This document shows positions 13,304 through 25,464 of a stretch of DNA of 64,000 nt, piece by piece (the stretch's first letter is position 1; each line of letters opens with the position of its first letter). The position numbers and the translations under genes were made by a program. The notes under the pieces were generated by a model. That model was not told the DNA's origin. It worked only from the letters and a program-made list of their open reading frames with translations, and did not search any database. The stretch is taken from the NCBI RefSeq assembly GCF_058153355.1, contig NZ_CM177019.1. One strand, 5' to 3'.

Positions 13304-14173
13304 ATGGCCATAAGCATCAAGGGAGTTAATACCGGTGTTATTCGCAAGAGTAATAATTTCATTGCACTGGCGCTGAAAATTAAAGAGCCTCGCAATAAAG
13401 AATCGTTGTTCTTTCTGTCTGTCATGGAACTGCGCGACCTGCTGATTGCGCTGGAAAGCCGTCTGCATCAAAAGCATAAACTGGATGCTGCAGCACGCCT
13501 TCAGTATGAGCAAGCTCGCGATAAAGTCATTAAGAAAATGGCAGAAAATATCCCAGAAATTCTGGTTGATGAGCTTAAAAATGCCGATATTAATCGTCGA
13601 GTTAACACGCTGGAACTTACCGATAATCAGGGTGAAAATCTTACCTTCGTATTAACGCTACATGACGGTAGCAAATGTGAGTTAGTCATCAATGAATTGC
13701 AGATTGAAATGCTGGCGCGAGCAATCATTCATGCAATTAATAATGCGGAAATGCGTGAACTGGCATTACGTATTACCTCACTGTTAGATTTCCTGCCGTT
13801 ATACGACGTTGACTGCCAGGACAATGGCAATCTGGAATATGACACCTATTCCCAACCGGAATGGAAACATAACTTGTTCAACCATTATCTGGCAGTGCTT
13901 TATCGCTTTAAAGATGAAAATGGCAAAGAACAATTTAGCGGCGCAGTGGTGAAAACGCGTGAAGCAACGCCGGGTAAAGAAGTGGAGGCGATCACTCGCC
14001 GAATGCTTGATTTCAGCCCACGACTGAAAAAACTCGCGGGTGTACCATGTCAGGTATATGTTCGCACCGTAGCAGCAAATAACGCCCAACCGCTAACCCA
14101 GGATCAATGCTTACGCGCGCTACATCACTTACGTGTTCAGTCCATCAGCAAAAGTGCACCACAAGCGAAATAA
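13304..14173 (+). CDS. yjeJ: Uncharacterized protein YjeJ (289 aa)
   Basis: ORF MAISIKGVNTGVIRKSNNFIALALKIK…; preceded by about 220 bp of very AT-rich DNA. Confidence 0.8.
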   Translation: MAISIKGVNTGVIRKSNNFIALALKIKEPRNKESLFFLSVMELRDLLIALESRLHQKHKLDAAARLQYEQARDKVIKKMAENIPEILVDELKNADINRRVNTLELTDNQGENLTFVLTLHDGSKCELVINELQIEMLARAIIHAINNAEMRELALRITSLLDFLPLYDVDCQDNGNLEYDTYSQPEWKHNLFNHYLAVLYRFKDENGKEQFSGAVVKTREATPGKEVEAITRRMLDFSPRLKKLAGVPCQVYVRTVAANNAQPLTQDQCLRALHHLRVQSISKSAPQAK

Positions 14174-14222
14174 TCTCATCTTTGCTAATGCGAGGCTGGA
14201 GTCATCCAGCCTCTGAATCACA

Positions 14223-14576
14223 TCAATTCGGGCACTTATATACCTGGCCGATAATCTGGCTATCCGTCGGGACAAAACTGGACAACATTCCCTGCGACGG
14301 GCTGCTGATACCATAAATCACGTTACCACCCATTGCCGCTGCCTGGTTGCGCAGATCGTTTGCCGCACCACGCATAGAACCGCCTTCTTCACCGTGTTGC
14401 CCGGAAAGCCAGTTACTTTGCTTACCTGTCGCAGTACCAATCAGCTGGCACTCTGCGCCTGGCTGCTCGTCCACAATGCGTACACTCTGACCGGCAGCAC
14501 TCAATTCGTTGCTGGAGCTACAACCCGCCATCAGTAGCGCGGCACCGACAATCCCTGCTAAGTATTTTACGTGCAT
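14223..14576 (-). CDS. yjeI: Lipoprotein YjeI (117 aa)
   Basis: MHVKYLAGIVGAALLMAGCSSS… lipobox; ORF-track frame trimmed to this Met. Confidence 0.85.
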   Translation of the reverse strand: MHVKYLAGIVGAALLMAGCSSSNELSAAGQSVRIVDEQPGAECQLIGTATGKQSNWLSGQHGEEGGSMRGAANDLRNQAAAMGGNVIYGISSPSQGMLSSFVPTDSQIIGQVYKCPN

Positions 14577-14654
14577 GTTATTCCCCATAATCAATGAGCT
14601 GGACGCCACTCGCGTCGTCCGTGTCTGAATCTTATACTAGAAAGATGACTAAAA

Positions 14655-14690
14655 GAAAAACCCCCAGACATTTCTGCCCGGGGGTTTGTT
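14655..14690 (-). terminator. groESL rho-independent terminator
   Basis: Minus-strand read gives a CCCCC…GGGGG stem followed by TTTTTCTTTT just downstream of groL stop. Confidence 0.6.
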
Positions 14691-14713
14691 TATTTCTGCG
14701 AGTTGCAGGGCAA

Positions 14714-16372
<1,659 letters not shown>

Positions 16373-16403
16373 TTAAATTCGTATGTTCAGTGTCGTGCGC
16401 GGA

Positions 16404-16748
<345 letters not shown>

Positions 16749-16774
16749 TTACGTGGTTTCCCGGCTGGTGACCA

Positions 16775-16810
16775 GAGAAATGGGGGTGAGGCTTCGCCCC
16801 TTCAAGGGGG
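16775..16810 (-). promoter_or_regulatory. sigma-32 heat-shock promoter of groESL
   Basis: Minus-strand read: CCCCCTTGAA (-35) … 14 nt … CCCCATTTCT (-10), matching the sigma-32 consensus CTTGAA / CCCCATnT. Confidence 0.8.
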
Positions 16811-16972
16811 AAAATGAAAAAAAATTCTGATCAGCACAAAATCGGGTGAAAACACTGATTCACCTCACATTTCATCGCAATTTATTCATCGCCGTCATAA
16901 GCGAATCTGATTGTGCTACCATCGAAAATCTACGCAGTTGCCCAAGATTTGGGCGCAATCGGACATCAACCC

Positions 16973-18229
16973 ATGAGTGGACTCAAACAAGAACTGGGGC
17001 TGGCCCAGGGCATCGGCCTGCTATCGACGTCATTATTAGGCACTGGCGTGTTTGCCGTTCCTGCGTTAGCTGCACTGGTAGCAGGCAATACCAGCCTGTG
17101 GGCATGGCCCGTTTTGATTATCTTAGTGTTCCCGATTGCAATTGTGTTTGCGATTCTGGGTCGCCACTATCCCAGTGCAGGCGGCGTCGCACACTTCGTC
17201 GGTATGGCGTTTGGTTCGCGGCTTGAGCGAGTCACCGGCTGGTTATTTTTATCGGTCATTCCCGTGGGTTTACCTGCCGCGCTACAAATTGCTGCCGGGT
17301 TCGGCCAGGCGATGTTTGGCTGGCATAGCTGGCAACTGTTGTTATCAGAACTCGGTACGCTGGCGTTGGTGTGGTATATCGGTACTCGCGGTGCCAGTTC
17401 CAGTGCTAATCTACAAACGGTCATTGCCGGGCTTATCGTCGCGCTGATTGTCGCTATCTGGTGGGCGGGCGATATCAAACCTGCGAATATCCCCTTCCCT
17501 GCACCTGGTAATATCGAACTTACCGGGTTATTTGCTGCGTTATCAGTGATGTTCTGGTGCTTTGTCGGTCTGGAAGCATTTGCCCATCTTGCCTCGGAAT
17601 TTAAAAATCCAGAGCGTGATTTTCCTCGCGCGTTGATGATTGGTCTGCTGCTGGCAGGATTAGTCTACTGGGGCTGTACGGTAGTCGTCTTACACTTCGA
17701 CGCCTACGGTGAAAAAATGGCAGCGGCAGCATCGCTTCCAAAAATTGTGGTGCAGCTGTTCGGTGTAGGGGCGTTATGGATTGCCTGCGTGATTGGCTAT
17801 CTGGCCTGCTTTGCCAGTCTCAACATTTATATACAGAGCTTCGCCCGCCTGGTCTGGTCGCAGGCGCAACATAATCCTGACCACTACCTGGCACGCCTCT
17901 CTTCTCGTCATATCCCGAATAATGCCCTCAATGCGGTGCTCGGCTGCTGCGTGGTGAGCACGTTGGTGATTCATGCTTTAGAGATCAATCTGGACGCACT
18001 TATCATCTATGCCAATGGCATCTTTATTATGATTTATCTGTTATGCATGCTGGCAGGTTGTAAATTATTGCAAGGACGTTATCGACTACTGGCGGTGGTT
18101 GGCGGGCTGTTATGCGTTCTGTTACTAGCAATGGTCGGCTGGAAAAGTCTCTATGCGCTGATCATGCTGGCGGGGTTATGGCTGTTTCTGCCAAAACGAA
18201 AAACGCCGGAAAATGGCATAACCACATAA
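16973..18229 (+). CDS. yjeH: APC-family amino acid (L-methionine) exporter YjeH (418 aa)
   Basis: MSGLKQELGLAQGIGLLSTSLLGTGVFAVPALAA…; ORF-track frame trimmed to this Met. Confidence 0.9.
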   Translation: MSGLKQELGLAQGIGLLSTSLLGTGVFAVPALAALVAGNTSLWAWPVLIILVFPIAIVFAILGRHYPSAGGVAHFVGMAFGSRLERVTGWLFLSVIPVGLPAALQIAAGFGQAMFGWHSWQLLLSELGTLALVWYIGTRGASSSANLQTVIAGLIVALIVAIWWAGDIKPANIPFPAPGNIELTGLFAALSVMFWCFVGLEAFAHLASEFKNPERDFPRALMIGLLLAGLVYWGCTVVVLHFDAYGEKMAAAASLPKIVVQLFGVGALWIACVIGYLACFASLNIYIQSFARLVWSQAQHNPDHYLARLSSRHIPNNALNAVLGCCVVSTLVIHALEINLDALIIYANGIFIMIYLLCMLAGCKLLQGRYRLLAVVGGLLCVLLLAMVGWKSLYALIMLAGLWLFLPKRKTPENGITT

Positions 18230-18244
18230 TCCGGCGTTTCGGCA

Positions 18245-18721
18245 TTAATCCTGGCGATCGTCTTTATGATCAAGGCGGTCGCGCTCATCATCCTTTCGCT
18301 GGTACTCACCATCAAAAGTATTACCGCCACCGGTCCCGGCGCTAAAACCGCCGCCTGGCATGCGAGAAAAGCGCAAATGCGGCATCAACTTCACTGTCAG
18401 ATGCTTTTGCACCGGCGGTAATAAAAGCAGAAGACCGAGGAAGTCGGTGAAAAAGCCCGGTAATAAAAGCAGCAAACCGGCAATGATCAGCGAAACACTT
18501 TTAATCATCTCCGCCGCTGGGTTTTCACCTGCCGCCATTTTTTGCTGCATCAGCACGAAATTCTTAAAGCCCTGGTTACGTACCAGTGACATACCAATAA
18601 CTGACGTGAATATAACCAGCACGAGGGTCAGCAATACCCCCAATACATGGGCAACCTGAATAAAGATTGAAATCTCAATATAGACATAAAGGAAAATGGC
18701 AATAAAAGGTAACCAGCGCAA
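18245..18721 (-). CDS. fxsA: Inner membrane protein FxsA (suppressor of F exclusion of phage T7)
   Basis: 158-aa ORF MRWLPFIAIFLYVYIEISIFIQVAHVLGVLL… with acidic C-terminal tail. Confidence 0.93.
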   Translation of the reverse strand: MRWLPFIAIFLYVYIEISIFIQVAHVLGVLLTLVLVIFTSVIGMSLVRNQGFKNFVLMQQKMAAGENPAAEMIKSVSLIIAGLLLLLPGFFTDFLGLLLLLPPVQKHLTVKLMPHLRFSRMPGGGFSAGTGGGNTFDGEYQRKDDERDRLDHKDDRQD

Positions 18722-19057
18722 AGGTTTCTCCTGTAATAGCAGCCGGTTAAACCCGGCTACCTGAATGGGTTGCGAATCGCGTTCAGCTTATATTGTGGTC
18801 ATTAGCAAAATTTCAAGATGTTTGCGCAACTATTTTTGGTAGTAATCCCAAAGCGGTGATCTATTTCACAAATTAATAATTAAGGGGTAAAAACCGACAC
18901 TTAAAGTGATCCAGATTACGGTAGAAATCCTCAAGCAGCATATGATCTCGGGTATTCGGTCGATGCAGGGGATAATCGTCGGTCGAAAAACATTCGAAAC
19001 CACATATATTCTGTGTGTTTAAAGCAAATCATTGGCAGCTTGAAAAAGAAGGTTCAC

Positions 19058-20494
19058 ATGTCAAACAACATTCGTATCGAAGAAGATCTGTTGGGTACCA
19101 GGGAAGTTCCAGCTGATGCCTACTATGGTGTTCACACTCTGAGAGCGATTGAAAACTTCTATATCAGCAACAACAAAATCAGTGATATTCCTGAATTTGT
19201 TCGCGGTATGGTAATGGTTAAAAAAGCCGCAGCTATGGCAAACAAAGAGCTGCAAACCATTCCTAAAAGTGTAGCGAATGCCATCATTGCCGCATGTGAT
19301 GAAGTCCTGAACAACGGAAAATGCATGGATCAGTTCCCGGTAGACGTCTACCAGGGCGGCGCAGGTACTTCCGTAAACATGAACACCAACGAAGTGCTGG
19401 CCAATATCGGTCTGGAACTGATGGGTCACCAGAAAGGTGAATATCAGTACCTGAACCCGAACGACCATGTTAACAAATGTCAGTCCACTAACGACGCCTA
19501 CCCGACCGGTTTCCGTATCGCAGTTTACTCTTCCCTGATTAAGCTGGTAGATGCGATTAACCAACTGCGTGAAGGCTTTGAACGTAAAGCTGTCGAATTC
19601 CAGGACATCCTGAAAATGGGTCGTACCCAGCTGCAGGACGCAGTACCGATGACCCTCGGTCAGGAATTCCGCGCTTTCAGCATCCTGCTGAAAGAAGAAG
19701 TGAAAAACATCCAACGTACCGCTGAACTGCTGCTGGAAGTTAACCTTGGCGCAACAGCAATCGGTACTGGTCTGAACACGCCGAAAGAGTACTCTCCGCT
19801 GGCAGTGAAAAAACTGGCTGAAGTCACTGGCTTCCCATGCGTACCGGCTGAAGACCTGATCGAAGCGACCTCTGACTGCGGCGCTTATGTTATGGTTCAC
19901 GGCGCGCTGAAACGCCTGGCTGTGAAGATGTCCAAAATCTGTAACGACCTGCGCTTGCTCTCTTCTGGTCCACGTGCCGGCCTGAACGAGATCAACCTGC
20001 CGGAACTGCAGGCGGGCTCTTCCATCATGCCAGCTAAAGTAAACCCGGTTGTTCCGGAAGTGGTTAACCAGGTATGCTTCAAAGTCATCGGTAACGACAC
20101 CACTGTTACCATGGCAGCAGAAGCAGGTCAGCTGCAGTTGAACGTTATGGAGCCGGTCATTGGCCAGGCTATGTTCGAATCCGTTCACATTCTGACCAAC
20201 GCTTGCTACAACCTGCTGGAAAAATGCATTAACGGCATCACTGCTAACAAAGAAGTGTGCGAAGGTTACGTTTACAACTCTATCGGTATCGTTACTTACT
20301 TGAACCCGTTCATCGGTCACCACAACGGTGACATCGTGGGTAAAATCTGTGCCGAAGCCGGTAAGAGTGTACGTGAAGTCGTTCTGGAACGCGGTCTGTT
20401 GACTGAAGCGGAACTTGACGATATTTTCTCCGTACAGAATCTGATGCACCCGGCTTACAAAGCAAAACGCTATACTGATGAAAGCGAACAGTAA
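19058..20494 (+). CDS. aspA: Aspartate ammonia-lyase AspA (478 aa)
   Basis: [30 protein letters not shown]…; fumarase/aspartase signature [10 protein letters not shown]. Confidence 0.98.
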   Translation: MSNNIRIEEDLLGTREVPADAYYGVHTLRAIENFYISNNKISDIPEFVRGMVMVKKAAAMANKELQTIPKSVANAIIAACDEVLNNGKCMDQFPVDVYQGGAGTSVNMNTNEVLANIGLELMGHQKGEYQYLNPNDHVNKCQSTNDAYPTGFRIAVYSSLIKLVDAINQLREGFERKAVEFQDILKMGRTQLQDAVPMTLGQEFRAFSILLKEEVKNIQRTAELLLEVNLGATAIGTGLNTPKEYSPLAVKKLAEVTGFPCVPAEDLIEATSDCGAYVMVHGALKRLAVKMSKICNDLRLLSSGPRAGLNEINLPELQAGSSIMPAKVNPVVPEVVNQVCFKVIGNDTTVTMAAEAGQLQLNVMEPVIGQAMFESVHILTNACYNLLEKCINGITANKEVCEGYVYNSIGIVTYLNPFIGHHNGDIVGKICAEAGKSVREVVLERGLLTEAELDDIFSVQNLMHPAYKAKRYTDESEQ

Positions 20495-20520
20495 TCGTAC
20501 AGGGTAGTACAAATAAAGAA

Positions 20521-20547
20521 GGCACGTCAGATGACGTGCCTTTTTTC
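20521..20547 (+). terminator. aspA rho-independent terminator
   Basis: GGCACGTCA-GA-TGACGTGCC hairpin followed by TTTTTTCTT. Confidence 0.85.
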
Positions 20548-20611
20548 TTGTGAGCAGTAACTTAAAAATAACAATCTAATATCAACTTGTTAAAAAACAA
20601 GGAAGGCTAAT

Positions 20612-21913
20612 ATGCTAGTTGTAGAACTCATCATAGTTTTGCTGGCGATCTTCTTGGGCGCCAGATTGGGGGGAATAGGTATTGGTTTTGCAGGCGGATT
20701 GGGGGTGCTGGTTCTTGCCGCTATTGGCGTTAAACCCGGTAACATCCCGTTCGATGTCATTTCCATTATCATGGCGGTTATCGCCGCTATTTCTGCCATG
20801 CAGGTTGCTGGCGGTCTGGACTATCTGGTTCATCAGACAGAAAAGCTGCTGCGCCGTAACCCGAAATACATCACGATCCTCGCACCGATCGTGACCTATT
20901 TCCTGACTATCTTTGCTGGTACTGGCAACATCTCTCTGGCGACACTGCCAGTTATCGCTGAAGTTGCGAAGGAACAAGGCGTTAAACCTTGCCGTCCGCT
21001 GTCTACTGCAGTGGTATCCGCGCAGATTGCGATCACCGCATCGCCAATCTCAGCAGCAGTGGTTTACATGTCTTCCGTGATGGAAGGTCATGGCATCAGC
21101 TACCTCCATCTGCTCTCCGTGGTCATCCCGTCCACCCTGCTGGCGGTTCTGGTGATGTCCTTCCTGGTCACTATGCTGTTCAACTCCAAACTCTCTGACG
21201 ATCCGATTTATCGCAAGCGTCTGGAAGAGGGCCTGGTTGAACTGCGCGGTGAAAAGCAGATTGAAATCAAATCCGGTGCAAAAACGTCCGTCTGGCTGTT
21301 CCTGCTGGGCGTAGTTGGCGTTGTTATCTATGCAATCATCAACAGCCCAAGCATGGGTCTGGTTGAAAAACCGCTGATGAACACCACCAACGCAATCCTG
21401 ATCATCATGCTCAGCGTTGCAACTCTGACCACCGTTATCTGTAAAGTCGATACCGACAACATCCTCAACTCCAGCACCTTCAAAGCAGGTATGAGCGCCT
21501 GTATTTGTATCCTGGGTGTTGCGTGGCTGGGCGATACTTTCGTTTCCAACAACATCGACTGGATCAAAGATACCGCTGGTGAAGTGATTCAGGGTCATCC
21601 GTGGCTGCTGGCCGTCATCTTCTTCTTTGCTTCTGCTCTGCTGTACTCTCAGGCTGCAACCGCAAAAGCACTGATGCCGATGGCTCTGGCACTGAACGTT
21701 TCTCCGCTGACCGCTGTTGCTTCTTTCGCTGCGGTGTCTGGTCTGTTCATTCTGCCGACCTACCCGACGCTGGTTGCTGCGGTACAGATGGATGACACGG
21801 GTACTACCCGTATCGGTAAATTCGTCTTCAACCATCCGTTCTTCATCCCGGGTACTCTGGGTGTTGCCCTGGCCGTTTGCTTCGGCTTCGTGCTGGGTAG
21901 CTTCATGCTGTAA
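20612..21913 (+). CDS. dcuA: Anaerobic C4-dicarboxylate transporter DcuA
   Basis: 433-aa ORF MLVVELIIVLLAIFLGARLGGIGIGFAGGLGV…; paralogous to dcuB at 41132. Confidence 0.97.
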   Translation: MLVVELIIVLLAIFLGARLGGIGIGFAGGLGVLVLAAIGVKPGNIPFDVISIIMAVIAAISAMQVAGGLDYLVHQTEKLLRRNPKYITILAPIVTYFLTIFAGTGNISLATLPVIAEVAKEQGVKPCRPLSTAVVSAQIAITASPISAAVVYMSSVMEGHGISYLHLLSVVIPSTLLAVLVMSFLVTMLFNSKLSDDPIYRKRLEEGLVELRGEKQIEIKSGAKTSVWLFLLGVVGVVIYAIINSPSMGLVEKPLMNTTNAILIIMLSVATLTTVICKVDTDNILNSSTFKAGMSACICILGVAWLGDTFVSNNIDWIKDTAGEVIQGHPWLLAVIFFFASALLYSQAATAKALMPMALALNVSPLTAVASFAAVSGLFILPTYPTLVAAVQMDDTGTTRIGKFVFNHPFFIPGTLGVALAVCFGFVLGSFML

Positions 21914-21922
21914 TGACCAATC

Positions 21923-21948
21923 GCGGGGCTTCAGGCCCCGCTTTCTTT
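21923..21948 (+). terminator. dcuA rho-independent terminator
   Basis: GCGGGGC-TTCAG-GCCCCGC hairpin followed by TTTCTTT. Confidence 0.8.
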
Positions 21949-22027
21949 CCCGCCGACTAACATCCTTCCCCCGTCCGTTGTATAGTGACCTCTCTCTTGC
22001 GGTTCCATCTGTTCTTGCGAGGTGTTT

Positions 22028-22366
22028 ATGCTTGATGAAAAAAGTTCGAATACCGTGTCTGTCGTGGTGCTATGTACCGCACCGGATGAAGCGACAGCCC
22101 AGGATTTAGCCGCCAAAGTGCTGGCGGAAAAACTGGCAGCCTGCGCGACCTTGATCCCCGGCGCGACCTCTCTCTATTACTGGGAAGGTAAGCTGGAGCA
22201 AGAATACGAAGTACAGATGATTTTAAAAACTACCGTATCTCACCAGCAGGCACTGCTGGAATGCCTGAAGTCTCATCATCCATATCAAACCCCGGAACTT
22301 CTGGTTTTACCTGTTACACACGGAGACACAGATTACCTCTCATGGCTCAACGCATCTTTACGCTGA
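22028..22366 (+). CDS. cutA: Divalent-cation tolerance protein CutA (112 aa)
   Basis: [54 protein letters not shown]…. Confidence 0.95.
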   Translation: MLDEKSSNTVSVVVLCTAPDEATAQDLAAKVLAEKLAACATLIPGATSLYYWEGKLEQEYEVQMILKTTVSHQQALLECLKSHHPYQTPELLVLPVTHGDTDYLSWLNASLR

Positions 22367-24039
22367 TCCTGCTACTTTGCAGCACTTCCGTTTTTGCCGG
22401 ATTATTCGACGCGCCGGGACGTTCGCAATTTGTCCCCGCGGATCAAGCCTTTGCTTTTGATTTTCAGCAAAACCAACATGACCTGAATCTGACCTGGCAG
22501 ATCAAAGACGGTTACTACCTCTACCGTAAACAGGTCCGTATTACGCCGGAACACGCGAAAATTGCCGACGTGCAGCTGCCGCAAGGCGTCTGGCATGAAG
22601 ATGAGTTTTACGGCAAAAGCGAGATTTACCGCGATCGGCTGACACTTCCCATAACCATCAACCAGGCGAGTGCAGGAGCGACGTTAACGGTGACCTACCA
22701 GGGCTGCGCTGATGCCGGTTTCTGTTATCCGCCAGAAACCAAAACCGTTCCGTTAAGCGAAGTGGTCGCCAACAACGCAGCGTCACAGCTTGTGTCTGTT
22801 CCGCAGCAAGAGCAGCCCACCGCGCAATTGCCCTTTTCCGCGCTCTGGGCGTTGTTGATCGGTATTGGTATCGCCTTTACGCCATGCGTGCTGCCAATGT
22901 ACCCACTGATTTCTGGCATCGTGCTGGGCGGTAAACAGCGGCTCTCCACTGCCAGAGCATTGTTGCTGACCTTTATTTATGTGCAGGGGATGGCGCTGAC
23001 TTACACGGCACTGGGTCTGGTGGTTGCCGCCGCAGGGTTACAGTTCCAGGCGGCGCTACAGCACCCATACGTGCTCATTGGCCTCGCTATCGTCTTTACC
23101 TTGCTGGCGATGTCAATGTTTGGCTTGTTTACCCTGCAACTCCCCTCTTCGCTGCAAACGCGCCTCACGCTGATGAGCAATCGCCAACAGGGCGGCTCAC
23201 CTGGCGGTGTGTTTGTTATGGGGGCGATTGCCGGACTGATCTGTTCACCATGCACCACCGCACCGCTTAGCGCGATTCTGCTGTATATCGCCCAAAGCGG
23301 GAACATGTGGCTGGGCGGCGGCACGCTTTATCTCTATGCGTTGGGCATGGGCCTGCCGCTGATGCTAATTACCGTCTTTGGTAACCGCTTGCTGCCGAAA
23401 AGCGGTCCGTGGATGGAACAAGTCAAAACCGCGTTTGGTTTTGTGATCCTCGCACTGCCGGTCTTCCTGCTGGAGCGAGTGATTGGTGATATATGGGGAT
23501 TACGCTTGTGGTCGGCGCTTGGCGTCGCGTTCTTTGGCTGGGCCTTTATCACCAGCTTACAGGCCAAACGTAGCTGGATGCGCATTGTACAAATTATTCT
23601 GCTGGCGGCGGCGCTGGTTAGCGTGCGCCCATTACAGGATTGGGCATTTGGTGCAACTAACATTGCGCAAACTCAGGCGCATCTCAACTTTACGCAAATC
23701 AAAACGGTGGATGAATTAAATCAGGCACTCGCCGAAGCCAAAGGTAAACCAGTGATGTTAGATCTCTATGCTGACTGGTGCGTCGCCTGTAAAGAGTTCG
23801 AGAAATACACCTTCAGCGACCCTCAGGTGCAAAAAGCGTTAGCAGACACGGTCTTACTTCAAGCCAACGTCACTGCCAACGACGCCCAAGATGTGGCGCT
23901 GTTAAAACATCTCAATGTCCTTGGCCTACCGACAATTCTCTTTTTTGACGGACAAGGCCAGGAGCATCCGCAAGCGCGTGTCACGGGCTTTATGGATGCT
24001 GAAACCTTCAGCGCACATTTGCGCGATCGCCAACCGTGA
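22342..24039 (+). CDS. dsbD: Thiol:disulfide interchange protein DsbD (565 aa)
   Basis: [20 protein letters not shown] signal peptide; C-terminal thioredoxin-like CVACK motif; overlaps cutA 3' end. Confidence 0.96.
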   Translation: MAQRIFTLILLLCSTSVFAGLFDAPGRSQFVPADQAFAFDFQQNQHDLNLTWQIKDGYYLYRKQVRITPEHAKIADVQLPQGVWHEDEFYGKSEIYRDRLTLPITINQASAGATLTVTYQGCADAGFCYPPETKTVPLSEVVANNAASQLVSVPQQEQPTAQLPFSALWALLIGIGIAFTPCVLPMYPLISGIVLGGKQRLSTARALLLTFIYVQGMALTYTALGLVVAAAGLQFQAALQHPYVLIGLAIVFTLLAMSMFGLFTLQLPSSLQTRLTLMSNRQQGGSPGGVFVMGAIAGLICSPCTTAPLSAILLYIAQSGNMWLGGGTLYLYALGMGLPLMLITVFGNRLLPKSGPWMEQVKTAFGFVILALPVFLLERVIGDIWGLRLWSALGVAFFGWAFITSLQAKRSWMRIVQIILLAAALVSVRPLQDWAFGATNIAQTQAHLNFTQIKTVDELNQALAEAKGKPVMLDLYADWCVACKEFEKYTFSDPQVQKALADTVLLQANVTANDAQDVALLKHLNVLGLPTILFFDGQGQEHPQARVTGFMDAETFSAHLRDRQP

Positions 24040-24051
24040 ACGACACTTGCA

Positions 24052-24651
24052 GTGGGAAAGACGGAGGAAAATAGCGTGCAACGTGAAGATGTACTGGGAG
24101 AAGCCCTGAAATTATTAGAATTACAAGGGATTGCCAACACCACGCTGGAGATGGTTGCTGAACGTGTGGATTATCCACTGGACGAGCTACGCCGCTTCTG
24201 GCCAGACAAAGAGGCAATCCTCTATGATGCGCTGCGCTATCTTAGCCAACAGATAGATGTCTGGCGTCGTCAGCTGATGCTGGACGAAACGCAAACCGCC
24301 GAACAAAAGCTGCTGGCACGTTATCAGGCGTTATCGGAGTGCGTTAAAAACAACCGCTATCCGGGCTGTCTGTTTATCGCTGCCTGTACGTTTTATCCCG
24401 ATCCTGGCCACCCTATTCATCAACTGGCCGATCAGCAAAAAAGCGCGGCCTACGATTTCACCCACGAACTGTTAACCACGCTGGAAGTTGACGATCCGGC
24501 GATGGTAGCAAAGCAGATGGAACTGGTGCTGGAAGGCTGTTTAAGCCGAATGCTGGTGAATCGTAGCCACGCGGATGTCGACACCGCACATCGGCTGGCA
24601 GAAGATATCCTGCGCTTCGCTCGCTGCCGCCAAGGTGGCGCACTGACCTGA
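24052..24651 (+). CDS. yjdC: TetR-family transcriptional regulator YjdC
   Basis: N-terminal HTH-like region …[46 protein letters not shown]…; the true start may be the GTG at 24076. Confidence 0.85.
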   Translation: MGKTEENSVQREDVLGEALKLLELQGIANTTLEMVAERVDYPLDELRRFWPDKEAILYDALRYLSQQIDVWRRQLMLDETQTAEQKLLARYQALSECVKNNRYPGCLFIAACTFYPDPGHPIHQLADQQKSAAYDFTHELLTTLEVDDPAMVAKQMELVLEGCLSRMLVNRSHADVDTAHRLAEDILRFARCRQGGALT

Positions 24652-24757
24652 CAGAAACACAGAAAAGAAGCGATTTGCCGCAATCTTAAGCAGTTGAATC
24701 GCTTTTACTGAAATTAGGTTGACGAGATGTGCAGATTACGGTTTAATGCGCCCCGTT

Positions 24758-24833
24758 GCCCGGATAGCTCAGTCGGTAGAGCAGGGGATTGAAAATCCCC
24801 GTGTCCTTGGTTCGATTCCGAGTCCGGGCACCA
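24758..24833 (+). tRNA. pheU: tRNA-Phe (anticodon GAA)
   Basis: GCCCGGATAGCTCAGTCGGTAGAGCAGGGGATTGAAAATCCCCGTGTCCTTGGTTCGATTCCGAGTCCGGGCACCA; cloverleaf with GAA anticodon and encoded CCA. Confidence 0.98.
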
Positions 24834-24843
24834 AATTCATATA

Positions 24844-24870
24844 AACGGACCTCCACGGAGGTCCGTTTTT
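24844..24870 (+). terminator. pheU rho-independent terminator
   Basis: AACGGACCTCC-ACG-GAGGTCCGTT hairpin followed by TTTTCGTTT. Confidence 0.85.
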
Positions 24871-25464
24871 CGTTTCAGGACGCCATGTGATTTAAGCGTT
24901 CTGCCTTCAAATCATTTCTAACAATCTCAACCAAATTTTCCCACATCGCCAGCATGTTGCGGGTATACCCCAGCTCTGGGAAATTTATCCCTAAGCTATG
25001 AATGACTCTCACGAAATGTCGTGCGGCTGCGTGATGCAGTTGAAAATCAAATGATGTCATCAAGAGCTTAACGGTATCGTTGCCGATGACATATATAAAG
25101 CACAACCTCGGGCAGAACGCCGACTGATGAGATTTTCTGAATGAGAACAAAGAGAAATGTATCAGTCCGCTTGCTCATGCAAAGACTAACAATCCATTAA
25201 AATAGTAAGCGCTCCGGGCAATTTTCCATGGATTATTTTCTGCACATTTTTCTTTGGCAAAGATGATGAATAATGATGGTAAGGTAAATTACTTCTGGTG
25301 CTCATTAAACTCCTTTCGTAATACTATGTAATCAAGAAGTTTATGGCGGGTAAAAATAACGTCTTACATTCACCAATAATATGTAAATAAACCCATCTAT
25401 AGATGGTAAAAATAGGTCATGGCAATTATCATTGAACCATTCCCTTTTCGAATGAGTTTCTATT

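Noticed and set aside
19061-20512. 483-codon ORF antisense to the whole of aspA; similar long antisense frames lie opposite groL (15158-16444), cadA (29799-30863), adiA (47858-48856) and dcuA (21050-21835)
   Set aside because: These mirror highly expressed genes with strong codon bias, whose complementary frame is depleted of stop codons. They have no RBS or homology support and fully overlap well-supported genes, so they are treated as artefacts.
24834-25464. pheU is a classic tRNA integration hotspot for genomic islands, and a 91-codon minus-strand ORF (24875-25150) sits right beside it
   Set aside because: The pheU–cadC gap is only about 630 bp. The small ORF has no integrase-like motifs, there is no direct repeat of the tRNA 3' end, and cadC follows immediately. 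This looks like an unoccupied attachment region, not an island.
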